64,000 nucleotides of DNA from a virus: the IMG/VR virus record IMGVR_UViG_3300025769_015982, positions 1 to 64,000 of that record, one strand, 5' to 3'. Positions 18,890 through 28,353 of the stretch are shown piece by piece (position 1 is the stretch's first letter; every line of letters begins with the position of its first letter). The translations under genes and the position numbers were made by a program. The notes below the pieces were generated by a model. It ran no database searches and had not been told where the DNA came from. It saw only the letters and a program-made list of their open reading frames with translations.

Positions 18890-19873
18890 ATGGCAACGAA
18901 AGATCTAAAAGAAGAACGAATTGTTTATAAACCATTTGAATATCCCGAAGCATTTGACTACTGGTTAAAGCAACAACAAGCTCATTGGATTCACACTGAA
19001 GTACCAATGATGAGTGATATTAATGATTGGAAACAAAACCTGACAGAAACAGAAAAAAACATAATTGGTTCTATCTTAAAAGGCTTTGCACAAACTGAAA
19101 CAGTGGTAAACGACTACTGGACCGGACTGGTTACAAAATGGTTTAGGAAACCAGAAATTATAGCAATGGCGACCACTTTTGGTGCTATGGAAACAATTCA
19201 TGCCGAAGCATATTCACTACTTAATGAAGAACTTGGACTTGACGACTTTAGCGAGTTTCTCGAAGACGAAACTACAATGGCAAAAATTGAGAACCTTATG
19301 TCAGTTAGGGATAGTTTTAATGGCGAAAAGGATTGGCACGAAATTGCTAAATCTCTCGCAATCTTCTCGGCCTTTACAGAAGGGGTCAATTTATTTTCGT
19401 CATTCGCCGTACTCCTCTCTTTCAAATTGCGAAACAAGCTTAAGGGAGTGGGTCAAATTGTTGAATGGAGTATTAGAGACGAAAGCATGCACTCAGAAGC
19501 AGGATGTTGGTTATTTAGAACACTTGTTAAAGAAAACCCTCAGCTCGACACTCCGGAACTCAAAACGGCAATAACTGAAGCTGCTCTTCTTTCACTTCAA
19601 CTTGAACTTGATTTTATTGAGAAAGTTTATGAAATGGGTGATCTTGAAGGGTGTTCTAAAGATGACTTAATCAGCTTTATTAAACATAGAGTTAATACAA
19701 AAATGGGTGACCTTGGCTATGATGGTGTAGTTAATGGAATTGACCCAACAGCACTTAAAAGAATGAAGTGGTTTGACAGCCTCTCAGCAGGTAAACAACA
19801 CACTGACTTCTTTGCAAACAGGGTTACCAACTACAGCAAGGGACACTTGCAGTGGGACGAATCAATATTTTAA
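18890..19873 (+). CDS. nrdB: ribonucleotide reductase class Ia beta subunit
   Basis: ETIHAEAY (including the radical Tyr); EGVNLFSSF; RDESMH; DFFANRVTNY. Confidence 0.95.
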   Translation: MATKDLKEERIVYKPFEYPEAFDYWLKQQQAHWIHTEVPMMSDINDWKQNLTETEKNIIGSILKGFAQTETVVNDYWTGLVTKWFRKPEIIAMATTFGAMETIHAEAYSLLNEELGLDDFSEFLEDETTMAKIENLMSVRDSFNGEKDWHEIAKSLAIFSAFTEGVNLFSSFAVLLSFKLRNKLKGVGQIVEWSIRDESMHSEAGCWLFRTLVKENPQLDTPELKTAITEAALLSLQLELDFIEKVYEMGDLEGCSKDDLISFIKHRVNTKMGDLGYDGVVNGIDPTALKRMKWFDSLSAGKQHTDFFANRVTNYSKGHLQWDESIF

Positions 19874-19876
19874 ATT

Positions 19877-21586
19877 ATGGACGGAAATTTAGTAGCAGAC
19901 ACAACCCAGTGGGTTGTAGGGAAAGACTTCCCTGAATGGATGGATGAAGTTGGTGTAGCAACTATTTCAAAAGGGTATTTATTACCCGATGAAACACCAA
20001 GAAAAGCATACAGACGAGTCGCAAAAGCAATCGCAACTCGGATTGATAGACCAGATTTGGAGGCTAAGTTCTTCAAATATATTTGGAATGGTTGGATTGG
20101 CCTCGCTTCCCCCGTTCTATCTAATACTGGGACCGATAGGGGTTTGCCTATCTCTTGCTTTGGTATTGATACACCTGATAGCGTCAGGGGAATTGGATTA
20201 ACAAACGCTGAACTTATGAAACTTACTGCCCTGGGTGGTGGAGTTGGTATCAGTGTTTCAAGAATTAGGCCTAGGGGAACTGCAATCACAGGTAATGGTA
20301 AATCTGAAGGTGTAGTACCTTGGTGCAAGATTTACGATTCAGCTATTATTGCTACAAACCAGGGTTCGGTTCGTAGAGGTGCTGCATCAGTAAACTTAGA
20401 TATTAATCATCTTGACATTGATGAATTTATGCAAATTCGTAGGCCAAAAGGTGATCCAAATAGGCAATGCCTTAATTTGCACCAATGTGTAGTTGTAGAT
20501 GATACTTTTATGAGGCGTTTACAAGATAGAGATGGTGACGCTATGAAGTTATGGCTTGAAATTTTAAAAACTAGAGTTGAAACAGGTGAACCATACATTA
20601 TGTTTAAGGATAATGTTAATAAAAATAACCCTTTAGCATACGCTATGAATAACCTCGATGTTAGTATGACTAACATTTGTACAGAAATTACATTACATAC
20701 AGATGAAGAACATTCCTTTATATGTTGTCTCTCCTCGCTTAATTTGGCAAAGTACGATGAGTGGAAAGACACAGACGTCGTAGAAACATCAATCCGTTTT
20801 TTGGATGGTGTTATGCAAGAATTTATTGATAAGAGTAATGGCAAAGATTCCCTTATTAGAACCCATAGACACGCTCAAAAAGGTAGAGCACTTGGGTTAG
20901 GTGTAATGGGTTGGCACTCATTCCTTCAAAAGAAAAACCTACCATTTAATTCAATTGCTTCAACAGCTTGGACACATACCATTTTTAGTGACATTAGAAG
21001 CAAAGCAGAAGCCACTTCCAGAGAATTAGCCCAAGAATATGGTGAACCTGTGTGGTGTAGAGGTACGGGTATGAGAAATACTCACTTACTTGCTATTGCA
21101 CCTACAGTATCAAATTCTCGTTTAAATAACTGTTCTGCAGGTATTGAACCTATTCCTGCTAATATTTACACTTTTAATGGTGCTAAAGGGACATTTATTG
21201 TAAAAAATAAAGAATTGGAATGTCTTTTGGAAGGTAAAGGACATAACACAGATAAAGTATGGGATCAAATCCTCGCTGATAATGGGTCTGTCCAAAACCT
21301 CCCCCATGATGTTCTTACTGAGTCTGAAAAAGAAATATTCCTCACATTTAGTGAGGTAAACCAACTTGAACTGGTTCGTCAAGCAGCAATTAGACAAAAA
21401 TATATTGACCAAACCCAATCACTCAATCTCTCATTTGACCCTACAGACTCCCCAAAATGGATTAACCAGTGTCACTTAGAAGCATGGAAATTAGGTGTTA
21501 AAACACTCTATTACTTAAGAACTGATTCAGTAATTAAAGGTGATTTAGGAAGTAGAACCGCAGAATGTATAGCTTGTGATGGATAA
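19877..21586 (+). CDS. nrdA: ribonucleotide reductase class Ia alpha subunit (no ATP cone)
   Basis: SPVLSN; ISCF; TNICTEI; CCLSSLNL; IAPTVS; KTLYYLR; C-terminal CIAC. Confidence 0.95.
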   Translation: MDGNLVADTTQWVVGKDFPEWMDEVGVATISKGYLLPDETPRKAYRRVAKAIATRIDRPDLEAKFFKYIWNGWIGLASPVLSNTGTDRGLPISCFGIDTPDSVRGIGLTNAELMKLTALGGGVGISVSRIRPRGTAITGNGKSEGVVPWCKIYDSAIIATNQGSVRRGAASVNLDINHLDIDEFMQIRRPKGDPNRQCLNLHQCVVVDDTFMRRLQDRDGDAMKLWLEILKTRVETGEPYIMFKDNVNKNNPLAYAMNNLDVSMTNICTEITLHTDEEHSFICCLSSLNLAKYDEWKDTDVVETSIRFLDGVMQEFIDKSNGKDSLIRTHRHAQKGRALGLGVMGWHSFLQKKNLPFNSIASTAWTHTIFSDIRSKAEATSRELAQEYGEPVWCRGTGMRNTHLLAIAPTVSNSRLNNCSAGIEPIPANIYTFNGAKGTFIVKNKELECLLEGKGHNTDKVWDQILADNGSVQNLPHDVLTESEKEIFLTFSEVNQLELVRQAAIRQKYIDQTQSLNLSFDPTDSPKWINQCHLEAWKLGVKTLYYLRTDSVIKGDLGSRTAECIACDG

Positions 21587-21758
21587 TAAATTAAAAGATG
21601 TAATGGAGGACTTAGATGAAGTCATGGCTTTAATAAAAAAATTAGGAGAAGCTACCCCAGATAACGTGGATTCCCTAAGAGAAGATATTAAATTTACGCA
21701 TAATAAAATTAAATCTAAGTATGGCAAAGAGAATCCCCCCGAAACCAACCCATCGTAA
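21576..21758 (+). CDS. hypothetical small protein
   Basis: 60-aa ORF overlapping the nrdA stop and the next gene start. Confidence 0.4.
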   Translation: MMDNKLKDVMEDLDEVMALIKKLGEATPDNVDSLREDIKFTHNKIKSKYGKENPPETNPS

Positions 21759-22248
21759 GCGTAGTCCTTTTTATTGGTGGAGGCGCTTTCCCACACATCA
21801 AGCCCTCCACCATTATAAACCCCTGATTGAAAGGATTCAAAACGGTGATTTTGATTATCCTGAATATTTTGAACAGGCTGAATGGGAAAAGCAATGGTGT
21901 AAGGAAGAAATTGAATCTAAGAGGCATTTATTCAAAGATTCTCAAAGTTTTTTAGAGGAGTCTCGTTCTATTGAACGACGTTATAGAAAGCGTCAAAATC
22001 TTCTTATCAAAGATGGTTATGAGAATGATGAAAAGCGGCTTAAGGAGATTGTAAAACAATTTTCTATTACATTTGGTGGTTCAAAAGATGATGTAGTTGC
22101 ATTTATGGAGAATTTTGATGGTACTCTTGAGGAAATGTACTATGCTTATGCTAGAATTAAAGGTATTAAAAACGTTAGTTTATTAGAAACTATGCCTGTA
22201 AAAAGACGTGGGCGCGGTAGGCCCCGTAAAAATCCTTTAATACAATAA
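21721..22248 (+). CDS. hypothetical protein with C-terminal AT-hook
   Basis: KRRGRGRPRK at the C-terminus. Confidence 0.55.
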   Translation: MAKRIPPKPTHRKRSPFYWWRRFPTHQALHHYKPLIERIQNGDFDYPEYFEQAEWEKQWCKEEIESKRHLFKDSQSFLEESRSIERRYRKRQNLLIKDGYENDEKRLKEIVKQFSITFGGSKDDVVAFMENFDGTLEEMYYAYARIKGIKNVSLLETMPVKRRGRGRPRKNPLIQ

Positions 22249-22251
22249 AGT

Positions 22252-22716
22252 ATGGGAAAATTTCAATCAACAAAATTATTTGACGGATTCAGCTGTGTGT
22301 TCCGTCAGTGGAAAGCAGAAAACACACATTGTAGATTTATGCATGGTTATGGAATTAGCTTTAGAGTATGGTTCGAAGGTGGACTAGACGACCGGAATTG
22401 GGTTTGGGACTTTGGGGGTATGAAACGTGCTCAAACTAAAATTGACGGTATGAATCCTAAAACCTGGATGGATTATATGTTTGATCATACTATATTGGTT
22501 GCTAAAGACGATCCAATGCTTAGTTTAATTAATGAATTAGAACACAATAAAATAGCCCAAGTTAGAGTAGTAGAGGCTACAGGTGCTGAAAAATTTGCTG
22601 AATTTATATTTAATAAACTAAATACATTTGTACAAACTGAAACTGATAGTAGGGTTAGAGTAGCAAAAGTAGAATTTATGGAACACGGTAAAAACACTGC
22701 TATTTATGAAGGTTAA
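22252..22716 (+). CDS. queD: 6-carboxy-5,6,7,8-tetrahydropterin synthase (QueD/PTPS)
   Basis: HCRFMHGY, WVWDFGGMK, FDHT and AEKFA motifs; next to queC and queE. Confidence 0.88.
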   Translation: MGKFQSTKLFDGFSCVFRQWKAENTHCRFMHGYGISFRVWFEGGLDDRNWVWDFGGMKRAQTKIDGMNPKTWMDYMFDHTILVAKDDPMLSLINELEHNKIAQVRVVEATGAEKFAEFIFNKLNTFVQTETDSRVRVAKVEFMEHGKNTAIYEG

Positions 22717-23497
22717 AGTTTCACACGAAGTCCCCCTCCCACTACTTGAGGTTAGTAAAGATTTTAACGACTATGATTACTGCCTCCCCCACTTACTAGA
22801 CCAACATGATTTATACGAACAGTATTTTAGGCAAGCTAAAGTCGAAGGTAGGTATATAATTATGGATAATTCTCTCCATGAATTAGGAGAAGCATATGAT
22901 ACTAAACGTCTATTGCATTGGGTAAATGAACTTAAACCTAATGAATTTATTGTACCCGATGTCTGGGAAAATTGTAATGCTAGCGTTAGGAATGCTAAAA
23001 CATGGGCTTCTGTTGAATTACCTGAAGGAGTAGAAAAAGTAGCAGTTGTACAAGGAAAATCATATATAGAGTTTGCTACCGGATACCAACGTTATAAGTG
23101 GTTAGGTTACCAAAAAATAGCATTTAGTTATGGGGCGTCTTGGTTCCAAGAAACGTTTCAGCACCCAAACCCATACGTAGCTAAAATGATGGGTCGTTTA
23201 AAAACTATTAATAATCTTTATAAAAATAATGTTATAGGAGATTATGATAGAGTACATCTTTTAGGGTGTAATTTACCCCAAGAATTCCTTTACTATAAAG
23301 ACTTCCCATTTATTGAATCTATAGATACTTCAAACCCTGTTATACATGCTTTAAAGGGAATGAGGTATTCCGAGGGGGGTTTATTACATAAAGACAAAGA
23401 AAAAATCGACGAAAATTTCGTTCAACCAATATCCCCAAAACAAAAAGAAGACGTTTTACACAATGTAAAAATGTTTAGAAAAATTAATCAACTATGA
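22706..23497 (+). CDS. TGT-fold guanine transglycosylase, DpdA-like
   Basis: Ordered TGT motifs IMDNS, VPD, VVQG, HLLG and SIDTS; located inside the que cluster. Confidence 0.7.
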   Translation: MKVKVSHEVPLPLLEVSKDFNDYDYCLPHLLDQHDLYEQYFRQAKVEGRYIIMDNSLHELGEAYDTKRLLHWVNELKPNEFIVPDVWENCNASVRNAKTWASVELPEGVEKVAVVQGKSYIEFATGYQRYKWLGYQKIAFSYGASWFQETFQHPNPYVAKMMGRLKTINNLYKNNVIGDYDRVHLLGCNLPQEFLYYKDFPFIESIDTSNPVIHALKGMRYSEGGLLHKDKEKIDENFVQPISPKQKEDVLHNVKMFRKINQL

Positions 23498-23964
23498 ATC
23501 TAGTTTTAATCACAATTACAATTTGCGCCCTAGCTTTTACTTATTATGTTTGGCGTTTCCATGACCAGTTAGCTGAACGAAAAGCAGAAGCCCAATTAGT
23601 AAAATGGAAACTTAAAGAAGAAAAAGCAATTAGAGAAGATGCTTACCAACGTTCTAGAGCAGTTAGCTTTGGTAAAACAATTGAACATTATGTCCCATTT
23701 ATGGAAAATTTTCCTATCAACCCTAATGATGTAAGATTTTTTGGTAACCCAATTGATTATATCGCTTTTACAGAAATGGGATCAAAGAAAAAATGTGCAG
23801 TACATTTCTTGGAAGTTAAAAGTGGGGAAAGTAACTTAAACGCAAGACAAAGAAATATTAAGGATGCTATTCAAAAAGGTAGAGTTTACTGGCATGAGTA
23901 TAATGCAGATGGTATCTGGACACATGAAACAAAAGATCAACATTTAAATAAAAAAGAAAAATGA
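23494..23964 (+). CDS. membrane-anchored PD-(D/E)xK endonuclease (Endonuc_Holl-like)
   Basis: N-terminal TM helix; RSRAVSFGKTIEHYVP, RFFGNPIDYIAF and FLEVKSG motifs. Confidence 0.75.
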   Translation: MNLVLITITICALAFTYYVWRFHDQLAERKAEAQLVKWKLKEEKAIREDAYQRSRAVSFGKTIEHYVPFMENFPINPNDVRFFGNPIDYIAFTEMGSKKKCAVHFLEVKSGESNLNARQRNIKDAIQKGRVYWHEYNADGIWTHETKDQHLNKKEK

Positions 23965-24797
23965 CTAAACAAGCAGTATTGTCACTAAGTGGAGGTATGG
24001 ACAGCTCCACAGTGTTGCTTCATCTACTCGCCAATGGCTATGAAGTGACAGCACTGTCTTTCGATTATGGGCAAAAACACAGAGTAGAACTTGATAGGGC
24101 CCAATCATTAGTAAATTATATTAATGATAAAGCAATTCAATCTAATTTAGACGGAGATTTTATTAAAAGATATTCTAAAGTTAAATATGGGGTTATTAAA
24201 CTTAATGGTTTAGCTCCTATGCTTAATAGTGCCCTTGTAGAAGGTGGAGATGAAGTACCCGAAGGGCACTATGAACAGGAAAACATGAAAGAAACTGTTG
24301 TTCCTAACCGTAATAAAATTTTCTCATCCTTAATTCAGGCTGTTGCCTTATCAATTGCAAATAAAAAAGATACAAAAGTCGATATCGCTATGGGTATTCA
24401 CGCAGGTGATCATGCTATTTACCCTGACTGTAGACAAGAATTCCGAGATGCTGACTATACGGCCTTCCTGGAAGGTAATTGGGACGCTGATCGGGTTAGC
24501 TATATTACCCCTTACCTTAATGGTGATAAGTTTGATATCCTTAAAGATGGACTCGAGTGTTGCGAGAAACTGGGTCTTAGATTTGACGAAGTATATCGAA
24601 ATACAAATACTTCTTACAAGCCCATTAATATTGCTCATGAGTGGTACAGCGATTATAAATCAGCTTCATCGGTCGAAAGGGTTGAAGCCTTTATTAAATT
24701 GGGAAGACCTGATCCAGTACAGTATGCTGATGAATCAGGAGTTGTCAATTGGGAAACTGTACGAAACCATGTGGAAAAAGTCTTAGAAAATGCTTAA
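23961..24797 (+). CDS. queC: 7-cyano-7-deazaguanine synthase
   Basis: SGGMDS, FDYGQKH, VPNRN, GIHAGDHAIYPDCR. Confidence 0.93.
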   Translation: MTKQAVLSLSGGMDSSTVLLHLLANGYEVTALSFDYGQKHRVELDRAQSLVNYINDKAIQSNLDGDFIKRYSKVKYGVIKLNGLAPMLNSALVEGGDEVPEGHYEQENMKETVVPNRNKIFSSLIQAVALSIANKKDTKVDIAMGIHAGDHAIYPDCRQEFRDADYTAFLEGNWDADRVSYITPYLNGDKFDILKDGLECCEKLGLRFDEVYRNTNTSYKPINIAHEWYSDYKSASSVERVEAFIKLGRPDPVQYADESGVVNWETVRNHVEKVLENA

Positions 24798-25563
24798 AAG
24801 AATAGAAGATTATAATAAAGTTCTACCTATAGTAGAAGTATACCGCTGTGTGCAAAGTGAGGGCTCCCGTTTTGGGCGCCCCACTATTGCAATTAGAACC
24901 ACAGGGTGTACCCACCGTTGTTGGTTCGGAGAAGGTGGCTGGTGTGATAGTTGGTATACAAGTATTCACCCTGAAAAAGGTACCTTTACTTTTAACGATA
25001 TAATCGCTATTTATGACGAGAACCCACAAGTTAAAGAAATGATGCTTACAGGTGGGTCACCTACAATGCATGCTGCCCTAGTAAATGAAATTACACATTT
25101 TGCCAAAGAAAGAGGAATCCTCGTTACAATTGAAACCGAAGGATCCCATTTCCTTGAGACTGATAACCCCATTGATCTCATTTCTCTTAGCCCTAAATTT
25201 TCTAATTCTGTACCTAGGGTGGGCATTACTACTCCCGGTGGTAAAATTGTTGATGAAAGGTTTGTCAAAACTCATAACCGTTTTAGATTACATTATGAAA
25301 ATATTAGGAAAACTTTAGATTACCATAAAGACTACCATTACAAGCCTGTTTGGGATGGTACAGACGAATGTTTAGCTGAGATAGAGGAGTTTAGAGTAAA
25401 AATGGATATCCCTAAAGATAAAACCTATGTTATGCCAGCCGGGGATACTCGTGAAACATTAGTTGAAATGTATCCTAAAGTATTTGAAATGGTAGCAGAA
25501 CATGGTTATAATATGACAGGTAGAGACCATATAATAGCATACGACACAGAAAGAGGAGTATAA
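24790..25563 (+). CDS. queE: 7-carboxy-7-deazaguanine synthase (radical SAM)
   Basis: VQSEG, IRTTGC..RC...WCDS, LTGGSP, IETEG, SLSPK. Confidence 0.9.
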   Translation: MLKRIEDYNKVLPIVEVYRCVQSEGSRFGRPTIAIRTTGCTHRCWFGEGGWCDSWYTSIHPEKGTFTFNDIIAIYDENPQVKEMMLTGGSPTMHAALVNEITHFAKERGILVTIETEGSHFLETDNPIDLISLSPKFSNSVPRVGITTPGGKIVDERFVKTHNRFRLHYENIRKTLDYHKDYHYKPVWDGTDECLAEIEEFRVKMDIPKDKTYVMPAGDTRETLVEMYPKVFEMVAEHGYNMTGRDHIIAYDTERGV

Positions 25564-26075
25564 TGGAAAAGATAATTAGTGAAAAAGAGCTAGATATTAA
25601 AATTAAAATTCTAGCTAAAAAAATAAATGATGAACATAGAGGTGATCCTACACCTGTAGTATTAGTTTGTATCTTAAATGGCGGATTTATGTTTTTTAGT
25701 GACCTCGTAAAACAAATTACCATTCCAATTGAAATAGATTTTATTCGTTGTAAATCTTATTTAGGTAGAAAACAAGGTGATTTAGTAGTAACTAAAGATT
25801 TAGAAACAAAAATTAAAAATAAACATGTTTATCTTGTAGATGATATATTAGATTCAGGTAATACTATGAAAGCAGTTACTAAGTTTCTTTCGGTTAAAGA
25901 ACCTAAATCAGTTACTCCTGTAGCAGCAATTTATAAAGAAAGTGTGGACTTTAAGAAAGTACTTCATATATTTAAACAAGATACCGATTCATTATTTGAT
26001 CCATGGTACATAGGGTATGGTATGGATGATGAGAATGGACACAATAGAAATTTAAGCACTATTTATACAATATGA
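25563..26075 (+). CDS. hpt: hypoxanthine/guanine phosphoribosyltransferase
   Basis: CILNGGFMFFSDL; PRPP loop LVDDILDSGNT; IGYGMD...RNL. Confidence 0.9.
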   Translation: MEKIISEKELDIKIKILAKKINDEHRGDPTPVVLVCILNGGFMFFSDLVKQITIPIEIDFIRCKSYLGRKQGDLVVTKDLETKIKNKHVYLVDDILDSGNTMKAVTKFLSVKEPKSVTPVAAIYKESVDFKKVLHIFKQDTDSLFDPWYIGYGMDDENGHNRNLSTIYTI

Positions 26076-27076
26076 TCGCAAAAGCAAGCTACTATAAATT
26101 AATACATCAAATGCAAAATAAAGTAATAGACACCCAAAAATTTAACCATAGTTATGATCACGAATTTTCTCCTACAAAAGAATATTTAAAATCAATGCCT
26201 GATCTCCAAAATGGAGATACTATTAAAGGGTCTAAAGTTGGGATTGAGCGAGTAGGTATATCTAATTTTAGATTACCACTTAAAATTCAAATGAAAGATG
26301 GTAATGTTATGGAAGTTGAAGCTTCTGTAATTGGTACTGTATCCCTTGAAGGTGTAAACAAGGGCATTAACATGTCTCGTATTATTAGAACGTTCTATGA
26401 GTATAAAGACGAAACATTTTCACTTGATACACTTGAAAAAGTACTCCTAGGATATAGAGAACGCCTGGGTTCATATGGAGCCCACATCCAAATCAGCTTC
26501 AACTACAGATTGTGGCAAGAGTCAATGCGTTCTGTAGATGCTGAAGGTAATAAAAATGGTGGTTGGCAATATTATAAGGTTACACTTGAATCCTTATTAA
26601 AAGAAAGTGGTAAATTTAATAAATATATCCATTTTGATTATGTATATTCTTCAACATGCCCTTGCTCTACAGAGCTTGCTTTGCACGCACTTGAAGAAAG
26701 AAATCAATATGCAACCCCACACTCACAACGTTCAGTTGCCCGCATTTCGCTTAAACTAAAAGACTTTATTTGGATTGAAGATATCCAAGATATGTGTCTT
26801 AAAGCTCTTAAAACCGAAACTCAAGTATTTGTTAAGAGAGAAGATGAGCAAGCATTTGCTGAATTAAACGCTGCAAATACTAAGTTTGTAGAAGATGCTG
26901 TTAGATTGTTATTTGAACAGTTTGATGCTGAAGAACGAGTATTAGATTTTAAAATCATTGCTTCACACAATGAAAGTCTTCACTCACACGATGCAATTGC
27001 AGTAATTACTAAAGGAATTGAAGGTGGATTTAACAAACATGTTTCCATCGCAGATATGAAATCATTAATATACTAA
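26072..27076 (+). CDS. folE2: GTP cyclohydrolase IB (FolE2)
   Basis: PDLQ, KGINMSR, STCPCS, PHSQRS, VKREDE, FVEDAVR, ESLHSHDA. Confidence 0.93.
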   Translation: MIAKASYYKLIHQMQNKVIDTQKFNHSYDHEFSPTKEYLKSMPDLQNGDTIKGSKVGIERVGISNFRLPLKIQMKDGNVMEVEASVIGTVSLEGVNKGINMSRIIRTFYEYKDETFSLDTLEKVLLGYRERLGSYGAHIQISFNYRLWQESMRSVDAEGNKNGGWQYYKVTLESLLKESGKFNKYIHFDYVYSSTCPCSTELALHALEERNQYATPHSQRSVARISLKLKDFIWIEDIQDMCLKALKTETQVFVKREDEQAFAELNAANTKFVEDAVRLLFEQFDAEERVLDFKIIASHNESLHSHDAIAVITKGIEGGFNKHVSIADMKSLIY

Positions 27077-27088
27077 AAAATAAAAGTT

Positions 27089-27289
27089 ATGGCATATTGG
27101 CTAGCAAAAGTAAAAATTGAAGAAGAAACAAATCGTGGTGCCGTTAGATGGACCAACGAACAGTTTATTGTCAACGCTGAAAACGCAACTGACGCAGAAG
27201 TAAAATTAACTCAAGAATATTCCAGTTATCCTATGGATTGGCATGTTGATCAGTTAAAGCAAATTAAAATCGTAAAAGTTATTGAGTAA
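27089..27289 (+). CDS. small hypothetical protein (DUF4494-like)
   Basis: 66 aa; YWLAKVK...EQFIVNAENATDAE pattern. Confidence 0.5.
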   Translation: MAYWLAKVKIEEETNRGAVRWTNEQFIVNAENATDAEVKLTQEYSSYPMDWHVDQLKQIKIVKVIE

Positions 27290-27825
27290 TGAGTCAAACA
27301 TATAGAGATTTAGAAAGAAAAGTCAAAAGTAATGATGTTCCTTTTGTGGATGAGGTAGAGGAATTTAATAAATTAATGAATAAACCCAATAACTATGAAC
27401 CCACTATTCCAGAAAAGAAAGAATGGCAATTCGTATATGACTTCGTATTGGAAGAACTTGAGGAATATCGAAACGCATGTGAACGAGGTGACATCGTCGA
27501 AATTTTGGACGCGCTGTGCGACATTGCTTATGTTTCCTTTGGGAACGGAACTATGCTACATGGTCTTAAGGATAAAATTTGGCCAGCCTATCAAGAAGTT
27601 CAAGCCTCAAACTTATCAAAGGCTTGCTCGACTGAGAAAGAAGCTCAAGCAACGATCGCAGTCAGGTCTGCCGAACAAGGGGAGCCGTGCCACTATGAAA
27701 AGTGTGGTGATAAATATATTGTTTACAGAACGCGTGACAGAAAAGTTATGAAAAATGTTAACTATTTCCGTCCGGATCTTAAACAATTTTTTAACGAAAA
27801 AGAATTAAAAAATGTCAACTCGTGA
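27289..27825 (+). CDS. MazG/PRA-PH-like all-alpha nucleoside triphosphate pyrophosphatase
   Basis: EELEEY...EILDALCDIAYV...EVQASNLSK...KVMK..YFRPDL. Confidence 0.8.
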   Translation: MSQTYRDLERKVKSNDVPFVDEVEEFNKLMNKPNNYEPTIPEKKEWQFVYDFVLEELEEYRNACERGDIVEILDALCDIAYVSFGNGTMLHGLKDKIWPAYQEVQASNLSKACSTEKEAQATIAVRSAEQGEPCHYEKCGDKYIVYRTRDRKVMKNVNYFRPDLKQFFNEKELKNVNS

Positions 27826-28105
27826 TTATGAAGGGTGGAGACGTTATGGGCAGTGGAAGAAAGAACAATATGAAAATTATCAAAAACAAATGAGTGATAG
27901 AGAAATCATGAACGCTAAAAGAGTTCAACCAGTAAAATTAAAAAACATAGATCAGATGCCTGATCAAAAGTGGCACCGTATTATTTCCTTTATTAAATCA
28001 GGAATTAGAATCTTAGGTTATGCCCTTATTCCCTTTAACCTAATTACTGCTACAGTAGTTTTAATTGCTAGTGAGGTAGTAGGAATTATAGAAGAATTAG
28101 TATGA
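27812..28105 (+). CDS. hypothetical protein with C-terminal hydrophobic hairpin
   Basis: 97 aa; HRIISFIKSGIRILGY...EVVGIIEELV. Confidence 0.55.
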   Translation: MSTRDYEGWRRYGQWKKEQYENYQKQMSDREIMNAKRVQPVKLKNIDQMPDQKWHRIISFIKSGIRILGYALIPFNLITATVVLIASEVVGIIEELV

Positions 28106-28353
28106 AAAAGTTTTTATATTTTAGTGCCCCATGGTGTGGGCCCTGTAAACAATTAGGTCCAATTATGGATGAACTTCAAGCAGAAGGATATACAGTCCAA
28201 AAAATCGATGTAGATTCTAACCCAGAAATCTGCCAATCGTTTAGTGTCAGAAATGTCCCAACAGTTGTCTTACAAGTAGATAACGTAGAAAAGGGAAGAA
28301 AGCTTGGCCTTAACCCAAAGAATACATATATTGACCTATATAATCAGGTTTAA
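28102..28353 (+). CDS. trxA: thioredoxin
   Basis: WCGPC active site and VPT cis-Pro motif. Confidence 0.93.
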   Translation: MKKFLYFSAPWCGPCKQLGPIMDELQAEGYTVQKIDVDSNPEICQSFSVRNVPTVVLQVDNVEKGRKLGLNPKNTYIDLYNQV

